From assembly GCA_964016885.1 (NCBI GenBank), contig OZ024742.1, forward strand, positions 4,898,001-4,962,000: a DNA stretch of 64,000 nucleotides, in the 5' to 3' direction. Below, piece after piece: positions 18,471 through 30,671 of the stretch (positions are counted from its first letter, which is position 1; each line of letters begins with the position of its first letter). A model generated the notes under the pieces. It was not told the DNA's origin, made no database searches, and was given only the letters and a program-made list of their open reading frames with translations. This stretch comes from Eledone cirrhosa (taxonomy: Eukaryota). A program made the position numbers and the translations under genes.

Positions 18471-19316
18471 TCTCGGGGTGGCAATAGTTGGGTAGGGGCT
18501 TGGGAAATCAGTAAGTTACGTTCATAAATATGGGATTTCTTGTAATGTTCTTTTGTCATTTATAATTTCTTTTTAAATATAAAATAAAAGTTTTATTAGA
18601 TTCTCCAACTGCTGTATCAATATGAATCACTTACAATATAATTTTGCTGCAGATAGATAAACAAGATTTTATAAGCGGGTGGGGTGGAATAAAAACCGAG
18701 TGGGGAAAATCTGATAAATTAATAAGCGGGGGTGGGGACGATTATTCAAGACCTGAGAGTACGTGGATTATTGACGGACGTAAGAATGAAAACTCAATAC
18801 CGAAGAAGAGTTTAAATATTCATTTATCTTGGCTAAGCCTTATTGCTCTGGAGTCTCACCTGCGTACTCACCTGGCAAGACTGGTGATCCTGTGAGGTCG
18901 TAGGTGAAACGTTAGAGGAACAAAGCTCACCAATAGCCATAATAAATGAATGCATATATATATAATTGGAATAGAATGAAACGAAATTTCATTTCTCACT
19001 CTTAGTACGGCAGTTACTTAAGTGTAAGTATGTATGTATACGTGCATACATATATGTATACAGACGTACAGTAGTATATATATATATATATATATATATA
19101 CATACATTCACACACATATATATATATATATGCACGTATCGGTTTACCGAACATTTATTATAATGTCGGTTTGTTTGTAAACAAACAAACAGCCGAATTA
19201 CGCCGTACAGTGTTTAGGCAACCACGTCACCTTTTTGTTCAACACTGACACATGCACACATATATATATATAGACACACACAAACACACACACATACACA
19301 TATATATACGAGATAA

Positions 19317-20937
19317 TGTTGAATATTCGCTGATTTGGAATATTATTTCAAAAGCTACTCCTTTTAATTCCTCTTCAGAAAATTGTGATCTTTGTATAGA
19401 GGAAATATTCTTTATATTAAAGACCAAAAATTCCCTTAATTTAAGGAATAATTTATTCAGTTGCTGCAGACATAGATTGAACTCAACGTTTAAATATAAA
19501 TATAAATTTAAAATGTAGTATAATTAATTAAGTAACTTGGTTAATATATGAAACCTGTCGATAAATCATTAGATTCCTTCACCTTTTTCATTTTCTTTGG
19601 TTAAGTACTCAAGTATAAATTTTCTTCCTAAATATAAATATAAATATAATAAACTATTCTAGAAAAGTTTATCCTTTCAATATCTTGAATAAAATATACG
19701 TAAGATAAATTTATATACTAAATATATTAAACATATTATTTTAGCTTAAAATATTCTATAATATTTTAAAATATTTTAAGATTTTGATATCTGTAGAATC
19801 CTTGTTTTTTAAGTTATATTGATATAATATTTTATTTATTTTTTATTATTATTTGTTTTTTTTCTGATAGCTTCTCATAATTTTCAAAAGTTTATCCTTT
19901 CAATATCTTGATTAAAATATACGCAAGATAAATTTCTATACTAAATCTAATAAACATATTATTTTAACTTAAAATATTCTATAATATTTTAATATTTTAA
20001 TAATTGTAGAATTCGTTTGTCTTTTAAGTTATATTGATATAATTATATTTCCAAAATATAATCCTTTTGTATTTTATATACTCAATTGTACTATGTAATA
20101 TATTGATGTATACTTATCTCTATACGACTATGTATCTATATATGTGTATTAACATACATATACATGTGTTATATGCTTTTTTATGAGTATATGTCTGTCT
20201 GTATATATGCATGAGTGACGCGTGTCTACCAATTGGGTAAAGATGCAGACACATATTTATATATGTATATGTAAGAATTGTGTGTGTACATGTACACGCT
20301 TACCCTTGCAGTTTTGATTGCAGATATGCATAATTTAACAGCCATAATTGCATGAAAGTTAATCCTATATATTTATATATATATACTAAAAATGTTTATT
20401 TAATAACACAAGGAATGTATAGCAGTAATAAAAAAATCACTTATGCTTTGTATGTATATATTATATGCGGAAGTAGATATAATGTGTATTTTCTGAGTGT
20501 GTGTGTATATATATATTTATGTATCTTTGCCTATATGTACGTGCTATACGATAGGTAATTTCTCTACCAATATATATATATTGTAATGTTTAAATTCCAA
20601 TTTTTTATATATTGATCTCAATTTTTAAACTAAATATCTAATCATAATTAAACAATGATTAATTTCTCATATTATATATGTATATTCCATTCATGAATAT
20701 TAATATTTATAATTTTATTTATTCATTTCATCTCAATTGTTAACTCAACTTAATATGACATGACTTAAGGTTTTCGTTCTCTCCCCCTCTCTCTATCTCT
20801 ATATTTCTCTCTGTCTGGTGGTTTGATATCTCTCTGTTGTTTTCCTCTGTTTTCTTTTTCTCCCTTTCTTTTCTCCACGTTTCTCTCTCTCTCTCCGTCT
20901 TTTTACCTATCCTTAACACAACGACTTACTAAAATAA
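19317..20937 (+). mobile_element. 5'-truncated Naiad-type PLE: GIY-YIG C-terminus plus 3' region
   Basis: LIWNIISKA...CDLCIEE...LN.RN.LFSCCRH (to 19518); ~20310-20937 is nearly identical to 27603-28296. Confidence 0.85.
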
Positions 20938-21159
20938 ACGCCGTACAGTGTTTAGGCAACCATGTCACCTTTTTGTTCAACACTGACACATGCACACATA
21001 TATATATATAGACACACACAAACACACACACACACACACATATATATACGAGATAAATAAATTGGGTATAAACCAGTTTCTTATCAAGTGCGAAGAAGTT
21101 CGATATATTAACCCCTTAGGAAAGGGCACAGGGCATAATTATTTTATTATATATATACA

Positions 21160-21404
21160 TAGTGGCGGTGGAACTGGAGGGAGTGGCATCCCCCTCCCCC
21201 CTCCAATAATTATATTTTCTCCCCAAACTATCAAAACACACATCTATTTGGATATGTACTACAATTTATGTACATGTTATGTTTATCGCATATTGAAGTT
21301 TTCTTACCATTTTAGAGTGCAAAGAGCTAAACTAATCGGTACAACTAAATTGTCCAAATTTCCCCCACCCCTACCCCAATTCAGAAATGCTTCCACCGCC
21401 CCTG
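21160..21404. mobile_element. hAT-like MITE
   Basis: Imperfect TIRs tagtggcggtggaa / ttccaccgcccctg; possible decayed 8-bp TSD tatataca / taaatata. Confidence 0.55.
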
Positions 21405-21420
21405 TAAATATATATATATT

Positions 21421-21424
<4 letters not shown>

Positions 21425-21454
<30 letters not shown>

Positions 21455-22087
21455 AGTGCGCGCGCCTGTGTGTGTGTGTATGAGTGTGCGCGACTGTGTG
21501 CGTGTGTGTATATGTGTGTGTGTGTGTGTGAGTCCGGGTTCAATGGTGGGTAACCAGAGTAAGTAAGGTACTGAAAAAATTATTAGAGTATATACAATAT
21601 TTAATATAGAAATGGCTTCTACAGGATTAGAACGGTTTCATTCAAAGGAAATCACCAGGGCTTTCCTGATGATTTCCTTCGAATGGAATAGTTCTAGTGC
21701 TGTAGAAGCTATTTCTATAGTTCTATTATTATTATTATATATATACATACACACTCGTATCTATCTTATATATATATTTATATGTGTGTGTGTGTGTGTG
21801 TGTGTGTGAGTGTGTGTGTGTGAGTGCGCGCGCCTGTGTGTGTGTGTATGAGTGCGCGCGCCTGTGTGCGTGCGTGTGTATGTGTGTGTGTGAGTCCGGG
21901 TTCAATGGTGGGTAACCAGAGTAAGTAAGGTACTCAATACATTATTAGAGTATATACAATATTTAATATAGAAATGGCTTCTACAGGATTAGAGCGGTTT
22001 CATTCCAAGGAAATCACCAGGGCTTTCCTGATGATTTCCTTCGAATGGAATAGTTCTAGTGCTGTAGAAGCTATTTCTATAGTTCTA
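21425..22087. repeat. Tandem duplication (~360 bp period), each copy ending in a ~115-nt hairpin
   Basis: 21425-21725 repeated at ~21781-22087; hairpins at 21606-21719 and 21967-22081. Confidence 0.9.
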
Positions 22088-23044
22088 CAAGATTTAACCC
22101 TGTAGGCTGCAAATGAAGATAGCTTTTAGAACTAATAAACTAGTTGTGCCATTGGTCACCAGTAATAGAATTGGTAATTCAATTTCATATGAGGAAACAG
22201 AAAATTACGTGGACAGAAATAAGAACTTAAAAAATAATTGAATATAGTATGAAGACTGAAGATTTTATAGCCAAACAGAACGTGGGTAGAGGTAAAATGA
22301 TGCTAATCAGACAACATGTAAACAAAACTGATAGAATAGATATATAGAAGATAGATACGAGTGTGTTTGTATATATATAATAATAATAATATTATTTATA
22401 GTTATATATACACTATATACAACTATAAACAGGAAAGATCAATAACTCATTACTACCTTATTACCAGTAAGAAAAATAGCTCAATGTAAATACATCAGAT
22501 GTTTTACAGAGCAGGAATATAAATTAAATGGAAAAGATAACAATAATATTAATACTCTCAACACATGTACATTTGAACATTACAGAAATAATTATCACAC
22601 TACATCCACCATAAACTCATAATTTTAATACACAAACATCTTTGCCTGCTTGAAATGCTTGTAAACCTATGTTATTTTATGTGATACCTTTGCCATACAG
22701 TAATTATATATGCCTAGTACCATTGCTTGTTTCCTACCTAGCTGTCTTGTATATGCCTAACGCATTTTCACTCTCTATACGCTTGCATATGTACTGCTAG
22801 TGTCCTCGTTTTACGAGTAACTTTCTACCTTAATGCCTCTTTAATTATTATACTATTCCCTTGTAATCTCTGTCGCATGCATTCCACTCTGTGCCTCTTT
22901 AATTATTATGCAACTCTCTTGTAATCTCTGTCACATCCATTCCACTCTGTAAATGCGAAACTGTTGTTGACAACATTAATATCCATGTATCTATATGGTT
23001 GTTCAGTTGAATATGAAGTTAATTATATGTCCAAACTTTGCTAG

Positions 23045-23091
23045 GGCTTCGATGATTCCAATCGAAAGTTTGGTAGAAACGATTCTCAGCA
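23045..23091 (+). ncRNA. Degenerate hammerhead-like motif
   Basis: GCU-UCGAUGA-UUCCAA..UUGGUA-GAAA-CGAUUC-UC-AGCA then AATAAA; same layout as 58727-58773. Confidence 0.4.
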
Positions 23092-23276
23092 ATAAAATGA
23101 TTTGAACATAGTTTTGATTATTGTGTAATTTTATATATATATATATGCAAAAGTTTTATTTAAATTGTTGGGATACAACAAGCAAATATTTTTATAACTG
23201 ATATAAAGCACTCGACAAGTATTTGTAGTGGATATACGATATTAACAAATGGAAACTATATTTATAAAACCATATT

Positions 23277-23341
23277 TATTTCATTATACATATTTCAAGG
23301 ATACCAAGTTAAATTATGGTATGCCTTCATCAGACAAAATA
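23277..23341 (-). ncRNA. Type I hammerhead ribozyme (outer pLTR)
   Basis: UAUUUUGU-CUGAUGA-stem II-GAAA-UAUGUA-UA-AUGAAAUA; 8-bp stem I with two G-U pairs. Confidence 0.78.
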
Positions 23342-24343
23342 CAATATATACCAGTTTTATAAATAAACATTGACGTACCTTTCAAAATGCGACCGTTACT
23401 TTTGGAAGACATCAGGATAGTGGTTTGTTTATTTTAGTAAGTCGTTGTGTTAAGGATAAGTAAAAAGACGGAGAGAGAGAGAGAAACGTGGAGAAAAGAA
23501 AGGGAGAAATAAATACAGAAAAAGAAGAAAGAAACAAGAAAAAAGAAAAAAGAAATAAGAAAAAAAAGAAAACAGAGGAAAACAACAGAGAGATATCAAA
23601 CCACCAGACAGAGAGAAATATAGAGATAGAGAGAGGGGGAGAGAACGAAAACCTTAAGTCATGTCATATTAAGTTGAGTTAACAATTGAGATGAAATGAA
23701 TAAATAAAATTAGAAATATTAATATTCATGAATGGAATATACATATATAATATGAGAAATTAATCATTGTTTAATTATGATTAGATATTTAGTTTAAAAA
23801 TTGAGATCAATATATAAAAAATTGGAATTTAAACATTACAAAATATATATATTGCTAGAGAAATTACCTATCGTATAGCACGTTCATATAGGCAAAGATA
23901 CATAAATATATATATACACACAAACTCAGAAAATACACATTATATCTACTCCCGCATATAATATATACATACAAAGCATAAGTGATTTTTTTTATTACTG
24001 CTATACATTCCTTCTGTTATTAAATAAAATTTTTTAATATATATATATAAATATATAGGATAAATATATAGGATAAATATATATATATATAAATATATAG
24101 GATTAACTTTCATGCATTTATGGCTGTTAAATTATGCATATCTGCAATCAAAACTGCACACTTCTTCTTTCTTTATTTCTCCCTTTCTTTCTCCACGTTT
24201 CTCTCTCTTTCTCCGTTTTTTTACCTATCCTTAACACAACGACTTACTAAAATAAACAAACCACTATCCTGGTGTCTTCCAAAAGTAACGGTCGCATTTT
24301 GAAAGGGTACGTCAATGTTTATTTATAAAACTGGTATATATTG

Positions 24344-24408
24344 TATTTTGTCTGATGAAGGCATACCATAATTTAACTTGGTATCTTTGAAAATTGTATA
24401 ATGAAATA
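24344..24408 (+). ncRNA. Type I hammerhead ribozyme (inner pLTR, stem III variant)
   Basis: Core CUGAUGA/GAAA intact; stem III reads AUUGUA, which pairs less well. Confidence 0.65.
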
Positions 24409-24586
24409 AATATGGTTTTATAAATATAGTTTCCATTTGTTAATATCGTATATCTACTCCAAATACTTGTCGAGTGCTTTATATCAGTTATAAAAATATT
24501 TGCTTGTTGTATCCCAACAATTTAAATAAAACTTTTGCATATACTCTGCTCCTGTATTGTTGAGCGCTTTACATTATAACTGGAAA

Positions 24587-26123
24587 ATGGAATTCTTTAA
24601 GATCTCTTCTTCTCTAAAAGACATACCTCTACCTAGGAATAAAGATTTTATTAAACAATTAATAGAAAAATCAGACTCTTTTATAAGAAGAATCAGGTGG
24701 CGTGCTTTCCACTTCGATAAATCTAATCTAAATGAAAATGTTTCAAATCTGGATAAAATCTTCAAATCTAAAAAAAATCCACCCCCCAACAAACTACTAA
24801 TGGATTTTGAAAATGATATCATATCTATCATCCAAAGCATCAAATTCAAATACAACTTCAAAGGCCAAGATTACTTAAGAGATATTAAGGATAATATTAA
24901 AAACTTGGAGAAAACGGAGAAAATTCTAGTCAAGTCGGACAAAACTAATAATCTTTACGGAATACAAAAGGACATTTATAACGACCTATATTGAAGGAAC
25001 TAAGGAAGAAATACAAAGTAGCAAATAAGGACGAACTTGAAAAACTGAATACAGTTGCCTCTTGTATAATACATGAATTAGACATTGAAAATAAAACACA
25101 ACCCTTCATGCCAAGGAAACCTAAGATTAATATGAAGGATCATAAAAGAAACTTTGAAAATGATTTACCAGTCAGATTAATTGCACCATCTAAATCTGAC
25201 CTGGGCAGACTTAGCAAAAATATTCTAGACAGAATAATACAACAAATTAAGAATTTACCTAATTTATCTTACTTAAAATTATGGAAAAGGACTAGTGAGG
25301 TTATCGATTGGTTTAAAGAAATTAAATATAACTATAATAATAAGTTTATTCAGTTGGATATTGCTAACTACTACTCATCTATCACTCCTAATCTACTGAA
25401 TAAGGCCCTAACTTACGCATTTAAACATACAGACCTAACTAGCAACGAAATGCACATTATATTATCGGCACGGAAAACATTAATAGAATTTAATAACCAA
25501 CTCTGGACTAGGGCAGATAGAAATAATAATTTCGACATAACTATGGGATCTTCAGACTCAGCTCAGGTAACGGACCTTGTGGGCCAATTTATAATTAATT
25601 CTCTACATAGAAAAATACCAGGTGTAACCGGAGGCTTATATCGTGACGACATGCTTTTACTTATAGAAAATAATAGCTGTGAACTAAATAGAAAAAGAAA
25701 ACAAATTATACAATTTTTTAATTACCTTAATCTAAAAGTAGAAATAGAGAATAACCATAAAATAGTCAATTTTCTAGATGTAACACTAAATCTCAACACA
25801 TATCTTCATTATCCATTTCACAAACTAAATGAGAACTTAAATTATGTCAATTTTAACTCTAATCACCCCAGATCCGTTAAAAATACTATAGTGAACTCTG
25901 TTCAAGAACGAATTTCAAGAATTTCACCTAATAAGAATATATTTGATGAAAAAGCGCATTATTACAACGACGCGTTAGGTAGAGCTGGGTATAGAAATAA
26001 AATTAAACACATCGATAATAATAATAATATACAAACTAATCAAAATAATAACAACTTTAATTATGGTAACAATTTTAACAACTATAATAGAAAACATTAC
26101 AATAATTCCGAAAGCCGAAAAAA
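24587..26123 (+). pseudogene. Naiad-type PLE reverse transcriptase, one frameshift at ~24990, truncated before the endonuclease
   Basis: RRIRWRA, KSDKT, FIQLDIANYYSSI, FDITMGSSDSAQVTDLVG, GLYRDD, VNFLDVTL, SNHP. Confidence 0.93.
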
Positions 26124-27174
26124 ACTACATTTTTAGCTAAGCAGTTGTTATTTAACGGACAGTTGGATTTATTTCTACAGTTACAATTATTCGATTGAAT
26201 ATTGCTTGGGTTATTATTGGTATTTTGGTTAGGTTTTAAATTTCTATTATTAATTCTATTAATATTTTGCGCTAAATTTTTGGTGGAAGAGTAAGTTAAT
26301 TTTATAGTATGTCTATTAAAAATTGAGTAATATCTATGTGTTCTAGGGAAGCGTTTGTCAAGAGCTTTAAAGAATAGTATAGCAATAGGGGTTTTAATAT
26401 TTAGTGAGAAAGGAGGAGCGAACCATAATATATTCCTAGTTCTATTTCTTTTTCGGCTTTCGGAATTATTGTAATGTTTTCTATTATAGTTGTTAAAATT
26501 GTTACCATAATTAAAGTTGTTATTATTTTGGTTAGTTTGTATATTATTATTATTATCGATGTGTTTAATTTTATTTCTATACCCAGCTCTACCTAACGCT
26601 TCGTTGTAATAATGCGCTTTTTCATCAAATATATTCTTATTAGATGAAATTCTTGAAATTCGTTCTTGAACAGAGTTCACTATAGTATTTTTAACGGATC
26701 TGGGGTGATTAGAGTTAAAATTGACATAATTTAAGTTCTCATTTAGTTTGTGAAATGGATAATGAAGATATGTGTTGAGATTTAGTGTTACATCTAGAAA
26801 ATTGACTATTTTATGGTTATTCTCTATTTCTACTTTTAGATTAAGGTAATTAAAAAATTGTTTAATTTGTTTTCTTTTTCTATTTAGTTCACAGCTATTA
26901 TTTTCTATAAGTAAAAGCATGTCGTCATGATATAAGCCTCCGGTTACACCTGGTATTTTTCTATGTAGAGAATTAATTATAAATTTTTTTTAGATTTGAA
27001 GATTTTATCCAGATTTGAAACATTTTCATTTAGATTAGATTTATCGAAGTGGAAAGCACGCCACCTGATTCTTCTTATAAAAGAGTCTGATTTTTCTATT
27101 AATTGTTTAATAAAATCTTTATTCCTAGGTAGAGGTATGTCTTTTAGAGAAGAAGAGATCTTAAAGAATTCCAT
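26124..27174 (-). pseudogene. Second copy of the same PLE ORF, ~0.8 kb internal deletion, extends into the CxCx5C linker
   Basis: N-terminus joined at ~26984 to the motif C region; ILWFAPPF, CNCRNKSNCPLNNNCLAKNVV. Confidence 0.92.
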
Positions 27175-27352
27175 TTTCCAGTTATAATGTAAAGCGCTCA
27201 ACAATACAGGAGCAGAGTATATGCAAAAGTTTTATTTAAATTGTTGGGATACAACAAGCAAATATTTTTATAACTGATATAAAGCACTCGACAAGTATTT
27301 GGAGTAGATATACGATATTAACAAATGGAAACTATATTTATAAAACCATATT

Positions 27353-27417
27353 TATTTCATTATACAATTTTCAAAGATACCAAGTTAAATTATGGTATGC
27401 CTTCATCAGACAAAATA
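27353..27417 (-). ncRNA. Type I hammerhead ribozyme (inner pLTR, stem III variant)
   Basis: Reverse complement of 24344-24408. Confidence 0.65.
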
Positions 27418-28384
27418 CAATATATACCAGTTTTATAAATAAACATTGACGTACCCTTTCAAAATGCGACCGTTACTTTTGGAAGACACCAGGATAGTGG
27501 TTTGTTTATTTTAGTAAGTCGTTGTGTTAAGGATAGGTAAAAAAACGGAGAAAGAGAGAGAAACGTGGAGAAAGAAAGGGAGAAATAAAGAAAGAAGAAG
27601 TGTGCAGTTTTGATTGCAGATATGCATAATTTAACAGCCATAAATGCATGAAAGTTAATCCTATATATTTATATATATATATATTTATCCTATATATTTA
27701 TCCTATATATTTATATATATATATTAAAAAATTTTATTTAATAACAGAAGGAATGTATAGCAGTAATAAAAAAAATCACTTATGCTTTGTATGTATATAT
27801 TATATGCGGGAGTAGATATAATGTGTATTTTCTGAGTTTGTGTGTATATATATATTTATGTATCTTTGCCTATATGAACGTGCAATATATATATTTTGTA
27901 ATGTTTAAATTCCAATTTTTTATATATTGATCTCAATTTTTAAACTAAATATCTAATCATAATTAAACAATGATTAATTTCTCATATTATATATGTATAT
28001 TCCATTCATGAATATTAATATTTCTAATTTTATTTATTCATTTCATCTCAATTGTTAACTCAACTTAATATGACATGACTTAAGGTTTTCGTTCTCTCCC
28101 CCTCTCTCTATCTCTATATTTCTCTCTGTCTGGTGGTTTGATATCTCTCTGTTGTTTTCCTCTGTTTTCTTTTTTCTCTTTTCTTTTTTCTTTCTTCTTT
28201 TTCTGTATTTATTTCTCCCTTTCTTTTCTCCACGTTTCTCTCTCTCTCTCTCTCCGTCTTTTTACCTATCCTTAACACAACGACTTACTAAAATAAACAA
28301 ACCACTATCCTGATGTCTTCCAAAAGTAACGGTCGCATTTTGAAAGGGTACGTCAATGTTTATTTATAAAACTGGTATATATTG

Positions 28385-28449
28385 TATTTTGTCTGATGAA
28401 GGCATACCATAATTTAACTTGGTATCCTTGAAATATGTATAATGAAATA
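28385..28449 (+). ncRNA. Type I hammerhead ribozyme (outer pLTR)
   Basis: tattttgt CTGATGA aggcatacca..tggtatcctt GAAA tatgta TA atgaaata. Confidence 0.78.
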
Positions 28450-28488
28450 AATATGGTTTTATAAATATAGTTTCCATTTGTTAATATC

Positions 28489-28538
<50 letters not shown>

Positions 28539-28719
28539 GTGTGTGTGTGTGTGTATGCGTGTGTGAAAGCATATACGATACGATTATATACTATAAACAT
28601 GGTACACTCACTATAATTTTTTTTTTCTTTCCTAGCAAGGCTACCATATGTTTGTGTATAAACATATAGTATCTGCTTTCATATAGACTCCTATTATGCT
28701 TAAACGCTGTCTTAGTGCC

Positions 28720-28850
28720 ACTTCTTCTTCATCCACTAATTCCTGAGAGAGTCATGGAAGCAGAGTCTTCAAACGCACCTTCCAGCGGATCCTGTCAGAA
28801 GCAACCGTCTCTAATTGATCCGGTTGGACCCCAAGCGTGACCAGCCAAGC
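28720..28850 (-). mobile_element. RTE-like LINE 3' end fragment
   Basis: Minus translation LGVQPDQLETVASDRIRWK followed by a short (GAA)n tail. Confidence 0.5.
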
Positions 28851-29477
28851 TCACTGCCAATTATATATATCTTTTCTGGCATGTTTACATGACTATACAT
28901 TTAAAATGTGTATATCTTTATACACATTGACGCACTCTCGATTATTCAACTTGTATAAATACAGATGTAGCTTTAGATATACAGAGAGAGTTACACACGC
29001 ACAAACAAACACACGCACACTCACACATGCGTGTGTGAGGGGGGGGGGGAGTCCATATACAATATATGTGTCATTAATTCAGTGCAACTTTTGTCAGTTA
29101 ATCATACAAACATAAACAAGAGTCATATATGTCGAACATAATACATTTGTATTTCGTCGGGTCGACGATGAATGTTCCAGTTAGATCAATGGAACAGCTT
29201 GCTCGTGAAATTAACGTGTACGTGGCAGAGCACATGTACCCTACAGGCACATGTACCCTTAAAGTAGTTCTCAGGGAGATTCAGCTGCAGTTCATTCGAC
29301 GAGCCCGTGGTAAACAACACTTGTCCAAGATGTCACCCAGAGGAAACAAACCTTAGTCCTTATGATTGCTAAGAAAACATCTTAACCTCTTAGCTCTGAG
29401 CTGACTTGTTGCTTATTGAAAGGCTCTGCGATTGAAATACTTTCTAGTCATGTTGTTTTATATTTAACTATAGATAT

Positions 29478-29672
29478 AGGGCGGTGGGTTGGCAGGCTCT
29501 GTGTAGCGTCGGACACACCCTTTGGATCATAGAGTTACGGCTTTTTAAGGTCTGAGTTTACTTTCCATCCTCTCAGCATCGATAAAATAAAGTACCAGTA
29601 ACTCACTGCGGTCAATTTAATCAATTACCCTCCCCAAAGAATTGTTGGCTTTGTGACTAAATCGGAACCCAT
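29478..29672 (+). mobile_element. Decayed SINE, same family as 53735 and 57575
   Basis: Shared tt(c/t)catcct...tcgataaaataaagtaccagtaa core. Confidence 0.6.
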
Positions 29673-29678
29673 ATTTAA

Positions 29679-29899
29679 CCCTTTAGCATTTAAACCGGCC
29701 ATATCCGGCCAGAATTCTCTCACCTCTTTCTGTTCAAATCGGCCGTAACTGGCCACTCATATTGACATTCAGTTATTGTTCCCAAAATAAATAATATCAA
29801 AATCTCATAGATTCAATATTATGTGAGATAATTATGTAAGATGAAGCCTTTACTATGAAAATACAATAGTAAATATAGAGTAATATGAATGCTAAATGG
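29679..29899. mobile_element. piggyBac-type MITE
   Basis: TTAA-CCCTTTAGCATT ... AATGCTAAATGG-TTAA: 12-bp TIR with one mismatch and TTAA on both sides. Confidence 0.75.
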
Positions 29900-30671
29900 T
29901 TAAGTATAGATATTTAAAGACTGGCGTACGTGACAAACAACTGCAGCCGATATTTTACTGTGATTTTAGAGGATGGAAATATTTGTTGTACATTAAATGT
30001 TATTATAATATTTTCATATCGAATTGTGGCATAAAAGATAGCTTAGAATCTGGCAAGATGAGAGCCATTGTCCCCATATATGTGTGGTAGGTTGTGTGTA
30101 TGTGGGGAGGGGTCCCTGTACGCATGTCTGTTTATATACATATATATGTGTCCGTATGTGTGTACATGTAAATGTAAATGTATGTATATTGTAAGCTGCA
30201 ATAACATGAGGCTATAAACACAGTAGGAGAAATTGAGTATATAAACACCTAGAGACAGAAAAGTTTGAAAATATATACATATACACACATTCATGCACAC
30301 AAACGCACATGAGGGATGGTACGTTGAATGTTTATTCCTCTCTCATGCTGTGATTAATTCTATTACTAATACTACAACCTCGAATACTACTACTACTACT
30401 AATAATAATAATAATAATAATGATTTCTTCATTAACTACAAGGGTTTACATAAAGTAGACATTAAGGACAGTGCAGGACAATACAGGACGGTACAAATGG
30501 GCATTTCTGCGTGTAAAAAACAAAAACAGAGGATGTAACAAAAAATAACAATGAAAAATTCCCCAATAGGGGGGAGACGTCGGAGGGACATTTGTGGAGA
30601 AAGCCCAGTAAAAGGCCACAATGACCCTGACAACCAAGGCAAGTGCCCTCTCCCAGTTTTCCACCTTTAAT

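Larger units (their letters stand above)
23146..28490. mobile_element. Inverted double Naiad-type Penelope-like element (~5.3 kb imperfect palindrome) with four pseudo-LTR copies
   Basis: ~23230-26123 is mirrored by 28490-26450; pLTRs at ~23146-23520(-), 24159-24542(+), 27219-27602(-), ~28200-28490(+). Confidence 0.92.

Noticed and set aside
28305-28360. CTGATGT plus hairpin as a second pLTR hammerhead
   Set aside because: Core is not CUGANGA, GAAA lies within the stem and stem I does not form.
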